A stretch of DNA of 64,000 nt from Callorhinchus milii (GCF_018977255.1 NW_024704743.1:70806001-70870000), one strand, 5' to 3'. Shown: positions 39,206 through 52,473, counted from the first letter of the stretch. Notes: a model not told the origin generated them from the letters alone. Translations and numbers: made by a program.

Positions 39206-39864
39206 TACGGCACTACCTCACCCCTCACGCTGCTGAAACTCTGGTCCACGCCTTTATCACCTCAAGGCTGGACTATGGGAACTCTCTCCTCGCCGGCCTT
39301 CCCGGCACCTCCCTCCACAAGCCGCAGGTCATTCAGAACTCTGCAGTTCGTGTACTGTCCCGCACCAGGCTTCGCGACCACATCACTCCCACCCTCGCTC
39401 GCCTCCACTGGCTCCCCATCCCCCAGAGGATCGAATTCAAGATCCTCATCCTCACCTACAAGGCCATTCACGGCCTTGCTCCCTCCTACCTCTCCGACCT
39501 ACTATCCCCCTACTGACCTGCCCGTACCCTCCGTTCCTCTGGCTCCGGTCTGCTCCACATCCCCCGCCCCAACCGCCCTACCATCGGTGGCCGGGCCTTC
39601 AGCCTCTCAGCCCCGAGGCTCTGGAACTCTATCCCCCAGTGCCTTCACCTTGCCTCCTCCCATTCCTCCTTCAAGGCCGGTCTGAAGACCTTTCTTTTTG
39701 ACCGTGCCTTCAGCTCCCCTCTCAACTCTCTACCCCCTCCTCGCTCCCTCCCTTCCCCTCCCCATTTCCCTCTTGCTCGGGTCCTGACCCAACTGTACAG
39801 CGCCTTGGGACGTCCTCCCGACGTGAAAGGCGCTCTATAAATGGAATCTTGTTGTTGTTGTTGT
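39206..39864 (+). mobile_element. Relatively young L2 LINE 3' fragment
   Basis: CpG-rich; AETLVHAFITSRLDYGNSLL..IQNSAVRV..HITPTLARLHWLPI..FKILILTYKAIHGLAPSYL; TGA at 39514 is probably a CGA>TGA change; (TTG)n tail. Confidence 0.92.
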
Positions 39865-39984
39865 TTTTATAAATGTTTTAGACACGTTGTCCTGAGAGAA
39901 AAAAGAGAGAACAACTGTCCAGGGTTTCCACTGCTGATCAATGCCCACTGAACCTTTCAACAATAACTTGCATTTATATATGTC

Positions 39985-40148
39985 AGTTACGACGAAGGAT
40001 CGTGGACCTAAAACGTTGACTCACTTTCCTTTCTTCATAGATGCTGCCTGACCTGCTGAGGGTTCCCAGCGTTTTGTTGTTTTGCCTCAACCATGAACTT
40101 CCGTTTTTGTTTCAGATTTCAGCATCTGCAGTATTTTGTGTTTTGTTT
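39985..40148 (+). mobile_element. Penelope-like-derived short element with a degenerate hammerhead motif
   Basis: AGTT-ACGACGA-AGGATCGTGGACCT-AAAACGTT-GACT then ATAGATGCTGCCTGACCTGCTGAG..CAGCATCTGCAGTATTTTG. Confidence 0.6.
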
Positions 40149-40750
40149 GCATTTATATAGCATCCCTCACACAGGGTAGAATCCCATAGCGCTTGACAGT
40201 GTTGGAGTAAGACACCAAGCCAGGGAGAGGTGGGAGGTGACTGTATGCATAGTTGAAAAGGAAGCTCTTCAGGCAAAACCTGAAGATGAGGAAGGAAGGG
40301 ACAAGGCGGAGGAATAGAGGAAGAATGTTCCAGAGTTTCAGGGCATAGGGGCTGAAAGTGTAGCCACCGATGGTAGAACGGAAGGCACAAGGGACAAGCA
40401 GGAAGTTGGAACCAGTTGAGCAGAGGCGGTGGGTAGTGGGTTGGTGAGAGGTAGGGTTGGAGAGGTAGGGTAGTGCCAGGGCATGAAGGGATTTGAAGAT
40501 GAGTTTGAGGATCTTGAAATCGATCCAATCAGTGGATAGGGAGCCAGTGGAGCCTGGCTACAAATGGTTTGATGGGGAATAGTGGAGATAAGGAGACCGG
40601 TGAAGAGGGCAATTGAGTAGTCAAGGCGGTGGGTGATGAATACATTGATGAGTGTTTTGGCTGTGTTTGGGATAAGGTACTGTCACAAGTGGGCAATGTG
40701 GCGGAGGTGGAGTAAACAATCCTGGTTAGGGAGCAAATCTGGGGTAGAAA
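40148..40750 (-). mobile_element. L2 3' fragment (older subfamily)
   Basis: TTGCATTTATATAGCA terminus; GTTCCAGAG, GAGGATCTTGAAATCGATCC, GAGCCAGTGGAG. Confidence 0.75.
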
Positions 40751-42639
40751 TTACCCCACTGGATGTGCATTTTGATATTCTGTAATTAAAATCTGGTCAT
40801 TGATGAACTCCATACTTGAGTAACCTCTAATCTCCCCCCGACTCACTGTTCAGTTTCATTCCGCCCACCATATCTGTGCTGGTATTTTAAAGATCAATCC
40901 AGTCAGTCCCATTTAACTTCCCATTCTCCACGCCACTGTAGTTTATTTTGTTTGTTATTTATCTAGTTCTCTTTTGAAAGCTAATATTGATTTTGCCTCA
41001 ACCATGGCTCAAGGCAGGGTATTGCACATGCAAACCACTGTGCATGAAAAATATTCTCCTAACCTCTCCATGTTTACTAATTATCTTAAACTACTGCCCT
41101 CTAGTCACAGTACTTCTACTCCCTGACCAGTGAAAATAATTTCTTCCGATTGACTCTATTAAAACCATTCATAATTTTAAATGCCTCTATTAGATCACCT
41201 CTTAACCCCCTTTGTTATGTTTCTTTACAGAAATAAATTTTGTTTTTTGAAAATAGCTCCTGTGAATGTTTGTTAGTAAAGACTGAGCTGCACTAATGGT
41301 AGTGTCAGAACGAGGTCTGAATTGTCAGACCTTAAATGAATATAAGAATAGAAAGGAACAAAAAAGCCTTTCCACTTCACTCCAGCATACAATTACATTT
41401 TCAGCTCATTTGTGACATTGAAAGAGAAACAGTGTAAAGCACCTTCTACTTATCACAATACTGCACTTTTATCCACATGTTCACTTCACGTTGAAGCATT
41501 ATGATCTTTCCTAATTGACCCCAATTCAGTGATAGGCAGCCGAAATTTTGGAACTCTCTCTCAATCCCTCTACTTTGCCCTCTCCATCCCCTCTTTTAGC
41601 TCACACCTGAAGACCTTCCTCTTCGACATGCATTGTCGGAGATGCTTTGAGGAGAAGTTGATCCTGTCTTGACTGTTCAAGTGGATGTTAAATATCCTAT
41701 GAAATTTCTTGAAAAGGGAAGGGAAATTGAATTGGCATGCTAACCAACATTTCAGTCACCTCCTTCCACAACCCACACCCCACTCGGTGTCTGGCTCCGC
41801 CACTGTTAAGCTCTCCAAATCGCTGCTCCGTGAGAAGGGCGCTCTATAAATGCAAGTTGTTGTTGTTGTTGTTGTGGCTTCTCTGAATCAGATTATCAAT
41901 TTAATGGTAACACCTGCTATTGTCAGTTTTGCAATGTGAATGTGTGCCCAATAGGAAGTGGGCTAATGTCCAACCAATCATTTAGTATCCTTACAGCCAT
42001 CAGGAAGGAAACATTCATCTCATCTACTTCCCACCAGCTCTAACCCACTATGCTACACAGTTCCTTAGAAATGAGACGCTCCTGACAATCTAAGTAAAGC
42101 CCAATAAAATCACACATAATAAAGAAACCTACAGCCTACAGAAGAGCTTACCAATTATTTTTCTGAAAGTGTAACAACTGCACTCGTAATATTTGATTTA
42201 TAAGAATAATGATAGTTCTTCCATTTGATATAAAACCTTTAACATAAAAGTGTCTCAAAGCACTTCACAAGTAATTGATATCAAGTGTAGGCAAACGCAG
42301 GATCCTATTTATGCACAGTATCAACCCACAAATTATTAAGTGAATTATGATATTCCTGGAGAATTGCTGGCTAGCATGACAATTCAAATTCCCTTCCCTT
42401 TTCATGAAATGTCACAGGATGTTTAGCAATCACTTGAACAGTAAAGATAGGATCTTGGTTCAACTTCTCATCAAACCACCTCTGACAATGCAGTGCTCCC
42501 TTACTATTACATTGGTGCCAACTTAGTCTGTTAGTTCAAAGTCCCAATGTGGGGCTAGAACTCACGGCTTCAAACTTTGAGGGGAAAATGGGCAAAAATG
42601 ATGCAAACTGATCCAAGATGATATGATATTTACAATTCA

Positions 42640-43570
42640 AAGATTACAAAGAATATATAGCACAGAAACAGGCCACTCAGCCCAACCAGTACATGACAGT
42701 GTTTATATTCCACATGGGTCTTCATCCATTCCCTACTCCCTCCCAAATCTATCTATTCCCTCTTCATGTGAAAGTTTAGGTTCCTCTTGAATGCATCTAT
42801 TATTCAACCACCAATTCAGGCAGCAAATTCTATTTAGGAGGAACTACTTCAAGTACAAAAACCTCTGCAAGAAGTAGTTCCTCCTAAATTCTCTTTCTGA
42901 TCCCCTTAGTTACCAACTCCAAAACCAGTGGAAACAGCCTATTTATGTTAACCTTATTAAACTCTTTTATAATTGTAAACACTTAATATTAGGTCCCCCA
43001 TGAAATGTCTCTTTAATGAAAAAAGGCCTAACATATCCAGTCTATTCTGATAGTAGTAACCTGCCAGCCCTGGTATCATCCTTGTAAACCTATGCTGTAT
43101 TCTTTCCATCACTGCTATATCTTTCTTATAGTATGGAGACTAGAATTGGACACAATATATGGTCTAACCAAGGTTTTGTACAAATTCAACATCACCTCTT
43201 CACTTTCATATTCTATCCCTCTGGATGTAAAGCCCAAAATCCTATCAGCCTTTATATAGCCTTATGTGCAGCTATTTTTAGAGATTTGTGGATCTGAATC
43301 CCAGATCTCTTTGTTCCTCCACTCCTCTTACGTTCCTATCATCTAGAAGAAAACGGCTTCTTTATTTTTCCTGCTGAAGTAAGTTACTTTTGATTTTTTT
43401 TCATTAAACTTAATTTGCCATCTATCTGCCCATTCAGTTGACCTGTTTAGGTCTTCCTACATTCTTCTGCAATCCCCTTCACTGTTCACCTTGCAAACTT
43501 TACATACCAGAATCCAAATTATTTATGTATATGGTAAACAGGAGCGGTCGTGACAGAGATCCCTGCAGAA
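42640..43570 (-). mobile_element. Old CR1 LINE 3' fragment
   Basis: GCACAGAAACAGGCCACTCAGCCC terminus; CAGTGGAAACAG, GGTCTAACCAAGGTTTTGTACAA, TTTGCCATCTATCTGCCCATTC. Confidence 0.7.
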
Positions 43571-43754
43571 CACAGGGATCTGGTCTATGTGCAATCTATT
43601 AAATAAACTAGCATTAGTTTTAATCTATTCATCTGTAGAAAAATAAGATGTTAAGTACTAGTGATTTTACCACTTCCACAAACAAAATTGGTCATTCATT
43701 TCATGTTTGTGGGACATTGCTATGTTCAAATTGGTTGCCATGTTCACCTACAAA

Positions 43755-44474
43755 CAACAACAACTTGGATTTATATAGCGCCCTCCACACCGGATGGCGT
43801 CTCAGAGCGCTTCACAGTAACGGATCCCGGGGCCGAGCCAGGGGGAGGGGGAGGAAAGTGATCAAAGGTGGTCGAAAAGAAAGTTCTTCAGCAAAGACCT
43901 GAAAATAGGAAGAGAGGTGATGAGGCAAAGGGAGTGAGGAAGGGAGTTCCAGAGCCTCGGGGCATAGTGGCTGAAGACATGGCTGCCGACGGTGGAGCAG
44001 AGGACTCGGGGGACAAGGAGGAGGCCAGTTGTCTAGGAACGAAGGCAACGGGCATTGTTGTGAGGAGAGAGGAGGTCAGAGAGGTAGGGGGGTGCAGAGG
44101 AGTGCAGGGACTTGAAGACAAAGGTGAAGATCTTGAAGTCGATCCTCTCTGGGACAGGCAGCCAGTGCAGTCTGGCAAGGACTGGGGTAATCGGGGAGCA
44201 GAGTTTGGTGCGGGTGAGATTGCGGGTGGCAGAGTTTTGAATAATCTGGATTTTGTGGATGGTAGTGGAGGGGAGGTCGGTGAGGAGGGAGTAGAATAGT
44301 CCAGCCGAGAGGTGACAAAGGCATGGACCAGGGTTTCAGCGGCTTTTGGAGAGAGGTATTGGTGGAGACGGACGATGCATCAGAGGTGGAAGAAAGCGGT
44401 GCTGGTGAGGGACCAGGTGTGGGGGAGGAAGGATAATTTGGGGGTCGCACCTGACGTTGTTGTTGTTGTTGTTA
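43755..44474 (-). mobile_element. L2 3' fragment inserted in a SINE tail, with a 35-bp TSD
   Basis: (CAA)n then CTTGGATTTATATAGCGCCC; L2 ORF2 C-terminal motifs on the minus strand; direct repeats at 43720-43754 and 44475-44509. Confidence 0.88.
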
Positions 44475-45221
44475 CTATGCTCAAATTGGTTGCCATGTTC
44501 ACCTACAAAATGAAGTCACTGCACAATAATAATAATAATAATTGCACCTTACCACAGTGTTGAAACGTCTCAAAGCACTTCTCAGGATATACTGTAAAGT
44601 GAATTGATTATATATTTTGTGGGTAAAACGGGGCAGCCATTGCGCACAGGAGTGCGCACTATGTCAATTGCCACATTACAGTATATCCTTGTTGAGCATT
44701 TCGGGGTGTTTTCCTGACCTGAACTCGCTATACCAAATGTAAGGATTATTATTGTTAACACTTAATCCATAGAGAATTCATCACATCTCAATAAAAACAT
44801 CTCTTTAATGGAGCTAAGCATTGACAGGTGGCGATATTGAACTGAACTGGCACAAACCTAAAATTTGTGGGCATGTTCACATGTGTATGCCACATGTTCA
44901 TAGTTCACTGTACACACCTCTGTTATTTTTCACCATGTCAATGTGATCAGCAACTGCACTTCTATATCCCTCACCTGTGCTGTCACCAAAATAATGATGC
45001 GCTTCTGTGTCTTTTTAACTGTATTACAGAAACATATGTTCAGTCCTTGAACTGAGTCCATGTTATATTTTGATTAACTGTAGCAGATGCAACTCCAGCT
45101 GAGTACCAGTAGAGACATAGACTGCTCGCTTCACAACGCTGCTATTCCATAATCTGATTTATTGCAAGATTGTATCATTTAATGATTTACTGAATTGTAT
45201 TTAACCTAACTCCAATAGATA

Positions 45222-45950
45222 AACAACAACAACATTACATTTATATAGCGCCTTTCACGTCAGGAGGACGTCCCATGACGTTGGACAGACAGAGCTTCGG
45301 ACCCGAGCTGAGGTTCGGGGTGGGAGAGGGGGGACGGCAGGGGGGGAAGCAGGGAGATCGAAAGCATGGTTGAAGAGAAGGGTCTTGAGGCAGGTCTTGA
45401 AGGTGGTGAGGGAGGGGGCGTGACGGAGGCTCTGTGGGATGGAGTTCCAGAGGGTGGGTGCGGAGTGGCGGAAGGTCTACCCACCGATAGTGGGGTGAGT
45501 GAAGTGGGGGACGTGAAGCAAGCCAGTGCCCACTGAGCAGAGGGAGCGAACAAGATGGTATGGGGTTAGGAGGTCGGAGAGATAGTGGGGGGCAAGACCA
45601 TGGAGGGCTTTGAAGGTGAGGACCAGGATCTTGAACTGTATCCTCTGTGTGATGGGAAGCCAGTGGAGTTGGGCGAGGATGGGGGTGATAGGGTCACAGA
45701 GTCTGGTGCAGGAGAGGACACGGGCTGCAGAGTTCTGGATGATCTGCAGCCTGTGGAGGGAAGAGGAGTTGGGGAGGCCGACAAGCAGTGAATTTGCATA
45801 GTCGAGCCTCAATGTAATGAGGGTTTCGGCGCCTGCGGTGTAAGACAGTGTCGGAGCCGAACGACGTTGCGGAGCTGGGGGAAAGCAAGGCGGGTCATGG
45901 CGCAAATGTGGGATAGGAAGGATAGTTGAGGGTCGAACAAGGCCCCAAGA
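45222..45950 (-). mobile_element. L2 3' fragment
   Basis: RLDYANSLLVGLP..IQNSAARVL..LHWLPI..FKALHGLAPHYL in ORF 45477..46007; (CAA)n tail. Confidence 0.9.
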
Positions 45951-46004
45951 TAAAGTCTTGAGATTATTAAATACAATATATCTGGAGAAAGAAATGCATA
46001 GACA

Positions 46005-46217
46005 CAATCTGAGATCCCCAATCCTTGGCTCTTGTGAACCTGGGCCTAATACTGCCCAGAATTCAGTAAGCAGAGTGCAGCCCTCTAGGGAAAAAGTGCA
46101 TATTCCTTTCCAAACTCAGGAAATTTCCTCATATATGGAACACTCAGTCTAGTTTGGATACTCAAATGCATGGTGATGGATTTCTGCATGTGTCAGACAC
46201 ACGGCTGACTAAAAAAA
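46005..46217 (+). mobile_element. 3' end of the unclassified ~1 kb element
   Basis: CCTAATAC..CCAGAATT..GTAAGCAG; GATGGATTTCTGCATGTGTCAGACAC..GGCT followed by an A run. Confidence 0.7.
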
Positions 46218-47959
46218 TTTTTCATCAGCACAATTTCTCAGACCCAAGTAGAAATACCTGCTCCATTTGTCTTCAGATATATCAGGCTTTTATTGTGATG
46301 TGACATCTCTTGTGCTCAAAATCAGACTACTTTGGATGTAGCAAGTGACAATTCAGAAATACCATTTACAGTTCCTTGCAGTACAACAATCACATTGAAT
46401 TAAACCTTGGCAGGGCTTAAAATAGGAAAGCTGCCAACCTATATGCAGTGTTTATGGGCAGCATTTTTAATGTGTGTGACAATGACAGTTAACTTTTAAG
46501 TCTGGAGTCAGCATTGCCCATTTTGTCTTCAGCGATCATTGTAGCCTCACTACTTTGAGATAATTATCAGTTTGGCTTAGTTGGTTAGCACTGTCACATC
46601 TGGGTTAGAATATTGTGAATTTAAACCCCATACTGAGATTTAAGACTATAGTCTAAACTAAATTTCTATTGGAGTGCTGGGGCAGTGTTGCATTGTCAAA
46701 GATACTATCTCTCTGATGAAACGTTAGACCAAGAACTGGTCTGCCTGTTTAAGAGCAGATTGAAAATCCTATGATAATATTTAAAAAGAGAGGAGAATAT
46801 TTAAAAAGAGAAATGAGTTTCATCCAGTGTCCTGACTGGATCAGCAACTGTAAACTGCTTTATCAAAAATAACAACAACAACTTGCATTTATATCCCCTT
46901 CAAGCAGGGTAGCATTTCAGAGCACTTAGCAATGAAGGAGCCAACTGCCGAGCCAGGAGGAGGTGACCGTAGGCACGTCGAAGAGGAAGGTCTGCAGTTG
47001 TCGTCTGAAAAATGGGAGGGAGGGTGCAAGCCAGATAGATTGAAGAAGTGGATTCCAAAGGTTTGGGGCATAGTGGCTGAAAGCACGGCCTCTAATGGTG
47101 GAGCAGAGGGGTGGAGCAGGGCAGTGGAGAGAATACATTATTAAGAAATTACTTAAATCACAGTGTGCATGCAACTAACTGCCAATTTGGATCATGCCAG
47201 AATTGAGTAGATAAAACAAAATGTTCCTGATCAACTGGAAAATCTTAAAGTGATGATCACAGTGAGCAGCGTCTTAAACACAGCAATATGAACATAGTAA
47301 AACAGGAACAGGCCATTCTGGCTAGTCCACCTTTTCCACAAAATTGTTAGTTCTTGGTAGATCTTTAATCCCATATGGACACCCTCCAAGGCCAGTATAA
47401 CAAAACACACAGTCACTACACTTTACAGTGTTTCTGTGAAGCGCTTTGAGATGTCTCGAAGATGTGATAAGGTGCCATATCAAATGCAACAATTATATTA
47501 TTATAATATTATTCTAAAGATTGTGTCCAAAGGGAACATAATACTCCAACTAAGGCCTTAACTGTGCTGTACATATTGGAGAAGTTCCTTCTTACCTTTA
47601 TATTCAAAACTCTTGTAATAGATTCCAGTATCCCATTTACCTTCTTCACTGCTTTCTGCACCTGCAAATTAGATTTTAATGATGTATGAACTTAAACCAC
47701 AAGTTCTCGCTGATCATTGATTCCTCTTTGTACAGTACTTCCCAATTTGGAACATATTCTCAACCATTGTTCCTCCATCCCAGGTGTCCTACATGACATT
47801 TTGCAATGTTAAACTCCATCATCATAGATTTGCCCACTCACTTATTCTGTCTGTTTATATTTTTCTTTCATCCACAATTTACAACACAGGAACAGTCCTC
47901 TCTATTGCTGTATCACATTCATTGATACAAAGGGTGAAGGGTTAGGGTCCTTGGACTGA

Positions 47960-48200
47960 TAATAATAATAATCCTTGCATTTGATATAAAGTGGATTGAG
48001 TGTGTATTTTATGGATGAACGCAGCAGCACCCAGCAATGTCCCACACATGGAGTGAGTGATCAATTTTATTTATTTATTTATTTGGAGGGATTTTTACCC
48101 CCTAGAAAGCAATCTGCCAATCGACAAACAACCAGGTTCGTATTTACTGCTAAATAAACAGAGGCATGTGGAGTAAGGAAACTTGCCTACAGTTTTTCCC
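47960..48200 (-). mobile_element. tRNA-Ala-like SINE fragment
   Basis: GCATGTGGAGTAAGGAAACTTGCCTA body and (AAT)n tail. Confidence 0.65.
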
Positions 48201-50209
48201 CCTTAACGTTTCTGATTCCTGGGAGACACCATTTGCAAATCAGAGGTCCCTTTTATACCAAATCTCTGTTTCCTATCTTACCAATTTCCTATCTGTGACA
48301 CAATATCATCTTTAACTCTATTAGGAAGAGATTTCATCTGAGTGTAGATTTACTCTATTTAATCACTCCATGGCAGTCTGGGACATTGCTGCGTGCAAAG
48401 CGGCTGCCATGTTCACCATCAAAATACACAGTTTACAGTATATCAGTGAAGCACTTTGAGACGTCTCGACAACATGATAAAGCTCTATATCAAATGCAAA
48501 GATTATTATTATTATCATTATTTATACAAAATTTCAGAGCATCCAGAATTTAGCAAATTGTTGAATTCAGTCTTAACATCTCAGGCAGTTTTCTATAGTT
48601 TACAAAATAACTATAAGAACATTGACTTTAATTCACCATACGGTAAATCTAGGCTCAAATAGAATTTCTCCCCTCGAGTGTCTTAAATTTAGCTTTTTTA
48701 TGTGAGACTTTGAAATAGTTTCTAAAAATCCATATAAATGACATCCATTGTTTTCTCCCTTTATCAATCACCACTGTGGTTCTATAAAAGTACTCTTCTT
48801 AGATTTGTCAGATATGATCTACCTTTCACAAACGCATGATCAGTGCATATGAATCTGGATACTCAGTTATTCTCTCCCCATTGTTAGATTCTAGTAAATA
48901 TCTAACCAATTTCCTAAGTCATTTTTCATACTTCTTAAAAGATCTTATAGAACAGTGGCCTCACTGTGCACACACCTACTTCACGCAAATCATTATACCC
49001 CAAAGCCACTAGCTGGCAGCAGCCATTGACATGACCGGCAGAGCCTTTGAACCTCCTCCTTTGGGTTGGAGCATTTAATCGTGATTTGCAAAATACTGTC
49101 AGGTGCTGTCCTTCAGATGAGATTTTAAACCACTGCTTGTCTGCCAGTACTTTTCGAAAAGAGAATGGTGTTTCTCCCGTTGGACTAACTGACAATCCCC
49201 CAGATAAAATTCATCATTCATTTCATGGCTGTTTGTGGGACGTTGCTATGCACATATTGGCAATCGTGTTCACTAATAAATAGTCATTACAGTTTACAGT
49301 AAAATCCTGTGAAGCACTTTGAGATGTTTCAATGATTTAATAGAGGTTATATCAATTGCAAGGATTATTATATAATGTTGATTTGACTTTTAAAGTTTAG
49401 GTGAAATTGCTACCAAATGAACCAAGCTGACAAACAGCTTGCATCCTTGCAGTCTGTAGAAAGCTGAGGTGTTCACCTCATTACTCTGAGCTGTATCCAA
49501 TCCTAGGTCCCAGAAGTAATAGGTTTGTGAGCTACCTCTCAGCTCTAATGAACCCCCAAATTATATTGTTATACACAATAAATTCACCTTTTTTTGTTTG
49601 TTTCTTGATAATTGTATCTGGATATTTCAGGAGGAGGATGTGTTTCTGTTATCCCCCAAAATAGCTTCCAGCCTCAGATTAGAGGTTGTCATGCAGTTTT
49701 GCCTGTGTGTATGTACTGCATAAGAGAACACAAAATGCAATACAATTTGCATGTTGAATGCTTTCTCACTTGATCACACAAAGCATGAAACATGATGAGA
49801 GTGCTGTTTGGAGCACTACACAAGTTAATTCCATTAGTAGAAGCAGACGAATGCTCCACAGGGCTCCTTGCTCCAGTTGAACATTTAACAGATGGAAACC
49901 AAAGGACACATTTCCAAGGTGATTGCAATGTCACAAAGCTTCTTGAAAGTTACATTCTTGTTACAAATTGCCTTTTCAGAAATCTTGCATCTCACTACTA
50001 TTTTCTGTCAGTTTGGATGAAAATTCACGAAAAGTTTCAAATATTTTCTAATAGTATGTGGAGACATGATTTTCCCATTTTCATCCATGCCTTGTCCTTG
50101 CATTAGCAACAAATTCCTTTGGACAGTTTCAGGCCATTGCTCCTTATGGATTTTTCTCATTCAGACTCCTCTTCTATACATTGTTATTTTAAATAGTGCT
50201 TAATATACA

Positions 50210-50612
50210 AATAATAATTCTTGTCTTTGATCTCTATTGTCGAAGTATCTCAAAGGGTCATATATGATTTTATTGTAAAGTGCAGTGACTATGCGTTTGT
50301 AGGTTAACGCTCTTGCCAAGTTGAGCACAGCAATGTCCCAGATACAGGCATGAAGTGAATGATCAATTTTATTTGGGGGAATGTTGGCCAGGACAGCGCG
50401 AGAAACTCCCTTCTTTTTTTCAAATAGTGCCATAGGATTTTGAATGTCCATCTGAACAGGTAGACGAGAGTTTGGTTTAACATTTCATCAAAAGGATGGT
50501 ACCTCTGACTACACAGCACCCTGTCCCCCATGTGCACTGCATTGGAGTGTCAGCCTAGACTAGAAGTTCAAAGTCCAAAGTGGGGCTTGAACCCACCTTC
50601 TAACTCAGAGAT
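50210..50612 (-). mobile_element. Deu-domain SINE
   Basis: TTGGCCAGGACA, AAATAGTGCCATAGGAT, GGTTTAACATTTCATC, GGGGCTTGAACCC. Confidence 0.75.
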
Positions 50613-51919
50613 GACACAAAGCTTAGAAACATAGGAATGTGTACCACCACAAAAAAACATTGTGGTGCATCTCAAAACTCTCAACGTAAATATAATCTTT
50701 TTAAATGTCCTACACTATTCTGTCTAATATGTTTCCATCAATTTCTCTCTTCACCAAACTGCTATTTAATTCCTTTTGATATTTTTGGCATAATCTGCCT
50801 CCACCAATTCCCTGGACTGTCTATTCCACATTTTCTCCACTCTCTGGGAAGTAATTAAATGCCTGATCACCTCTACCTCTTGAGCTTGTGTTTATGTGCC
50901 CTTTTATATGGTTTCTAACTGTTAAGCATATTGGTATTCAGTTTATCTCTATTCCTTAGTACCTTCAATACTTCAATATGATCTCCATGAGCCNTTTTTT
51001 AATGCAAACTTTTCTAACTTCTGTAGCCTCTCCTTACAACTTAGATGCCTAATTGCAGCTCTCAATCTAGTTACACTTCACTGCCATGATATCCTAATGT
51101 AGTATAACACAGCAACCAGATTTACATGCAGTAGTCCAGATACTGTGACTTATTCTGTACAAGTTTTTTTATATTAGTAACTATGATTTATTCTCTTTCC
51201 CTCTAGCTGCACACTCCAAGATTTCTTTCTTTACTGCTGTACACTGTGTTATGTTATAAAAGAAATTAGCTGAACATCTGCGGCTTTGAAATATCTTGAG
51301 GGCTTTACATAGGAAGCTATCAATGCACATCTAAAGAACATCAAAGTCAACATGGATTTAGAAATCATAGACAATGCCTCAAAGAAGAAGATCTAACTAA
51401 ACTAGTAGATGAGAGTTATCACATTGATATACATTTCCTGAATTTTCAAAATACAAAAAAGGTGATGAGATTTTTTAAGAAGGATAAAATTCTTGAAATA
51501 AATGACAAATTAGAGAGTTGAATTGAAAATGCCAGGCAATAGAAAGTAGAATATGTTAATCATTGGAAAATGTCTTCCAAGTATAATGACTGACAAATTT
51601 CTACAAAGGTCTTTCCTGGGTTCCCTGCTATTTACAGAAGATTCCCTGCAGAAAATAGTCTATTTGACATGGCTCTTTTCAGATAATCCAGGTTTCTCTC
51701 TTTCAAGAGGAGTGTTTTTTTTAAAATTTGGGCCATGAATTCCACATAATTTTAGATCGCTTTGTGTTAAAATTTTAAATTGTGCAAAATTGTGGAAAGT
51801 TCTTAAATTCAGTCTTAATTCTTACTATTGAAAAATATTCCAAATTTATACAGAATTCATATTTCTGCATGACCTTAACCTATGTATATTAAATCCATGT
51901 AATCCCCAAACCACGCTGA

Positions 51920-52300
51920 AGATCAGAAAACTCTAAGGCTTGGGGCAACAGCTGCTAAAAGGCATTACCTGGAGTCTTAGTTATGAACACATGTTTGTAC
52001 ATCCAGGGCTTCCCGCTTCATTCGTTTGCAGAGAGGTAAGCAGCTGCTGCTTAAGCTTCGCACTTCCCATGGTGGAAACATTGCTCAATGAGAAGGGATG
52101 TGTGTCCAAGGAAGAGGTGGCAATGCTCTCATGCATTTTATGCTGAGCTGTGCTGCTCACCAGAAAGATCGCACAGAGTTATCCAACTAGTGAGGGCCGT
52201 CCACCTGGTGAGGGTTCAAATCCTGTGCTTGTCAGATAGCATATGATCAATGAGTGACTATGCTCCTTGGAGGAGGAGTAAGGTCTCCTGGGAGCTGAAC
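51920..52300 (+). mobile_element. 5'/middle fragment of the unclassified ~1 kb element
   Basis: Reverse complement of 16570-16945 (GCATTACCTGGAGTC, GCAGAGAGG.AAGCAGCTGCTGCTTAA.CTTCGCA, GTGACTAT..TCCTTGG). Confidence 0.75.
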
Positions 52301-52408
52301 AATTGATCAAAGACAATTTCTGTTCAACTACATTCTTTCCAAAGTCAAGGCAGAATATTTTGGTGCTGGGATTGGAATTGGGCTGAAAAATGCAGTGTGG
52401 ATTGTGAT

Positions 52409-52473
52409 AACATTTCCACTGACGAAAAGTGTGATCCGAACCATCTTCAGTTATCGAAACATTTGGGAATGTT
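52409..52473 (+). ncRNA. Candidate minimal type I hammerhead ribozyme motif (possibly a fossil)
   Basis: Stem I AACATTTCCA/TGGGAATGTT (10 bp with one G-U), core CTGACGA at 52419-52425, GAAA at 52456-52459, minimal stem III ACAT, UH at 52462-52463; stem II pairs poorly. Confidence 0.5.

Noticed and set aside
46713..46726. CTGATGAAACGTT as a hammerhead core
   Set aside because: No stem II or stem I; it is a variant of the Deu-SINE core CAGATGAGACGTT
46776..46812. Short tandem duplications (also about 3059, 12820, 13470, 14562)
   Set aside because: Ordinary slippage duplications of 10-25 bp with no sign of function
50994..50994. Single N base
   Set aside because: Assembly ambiguity inside a decayed CR1 fragment
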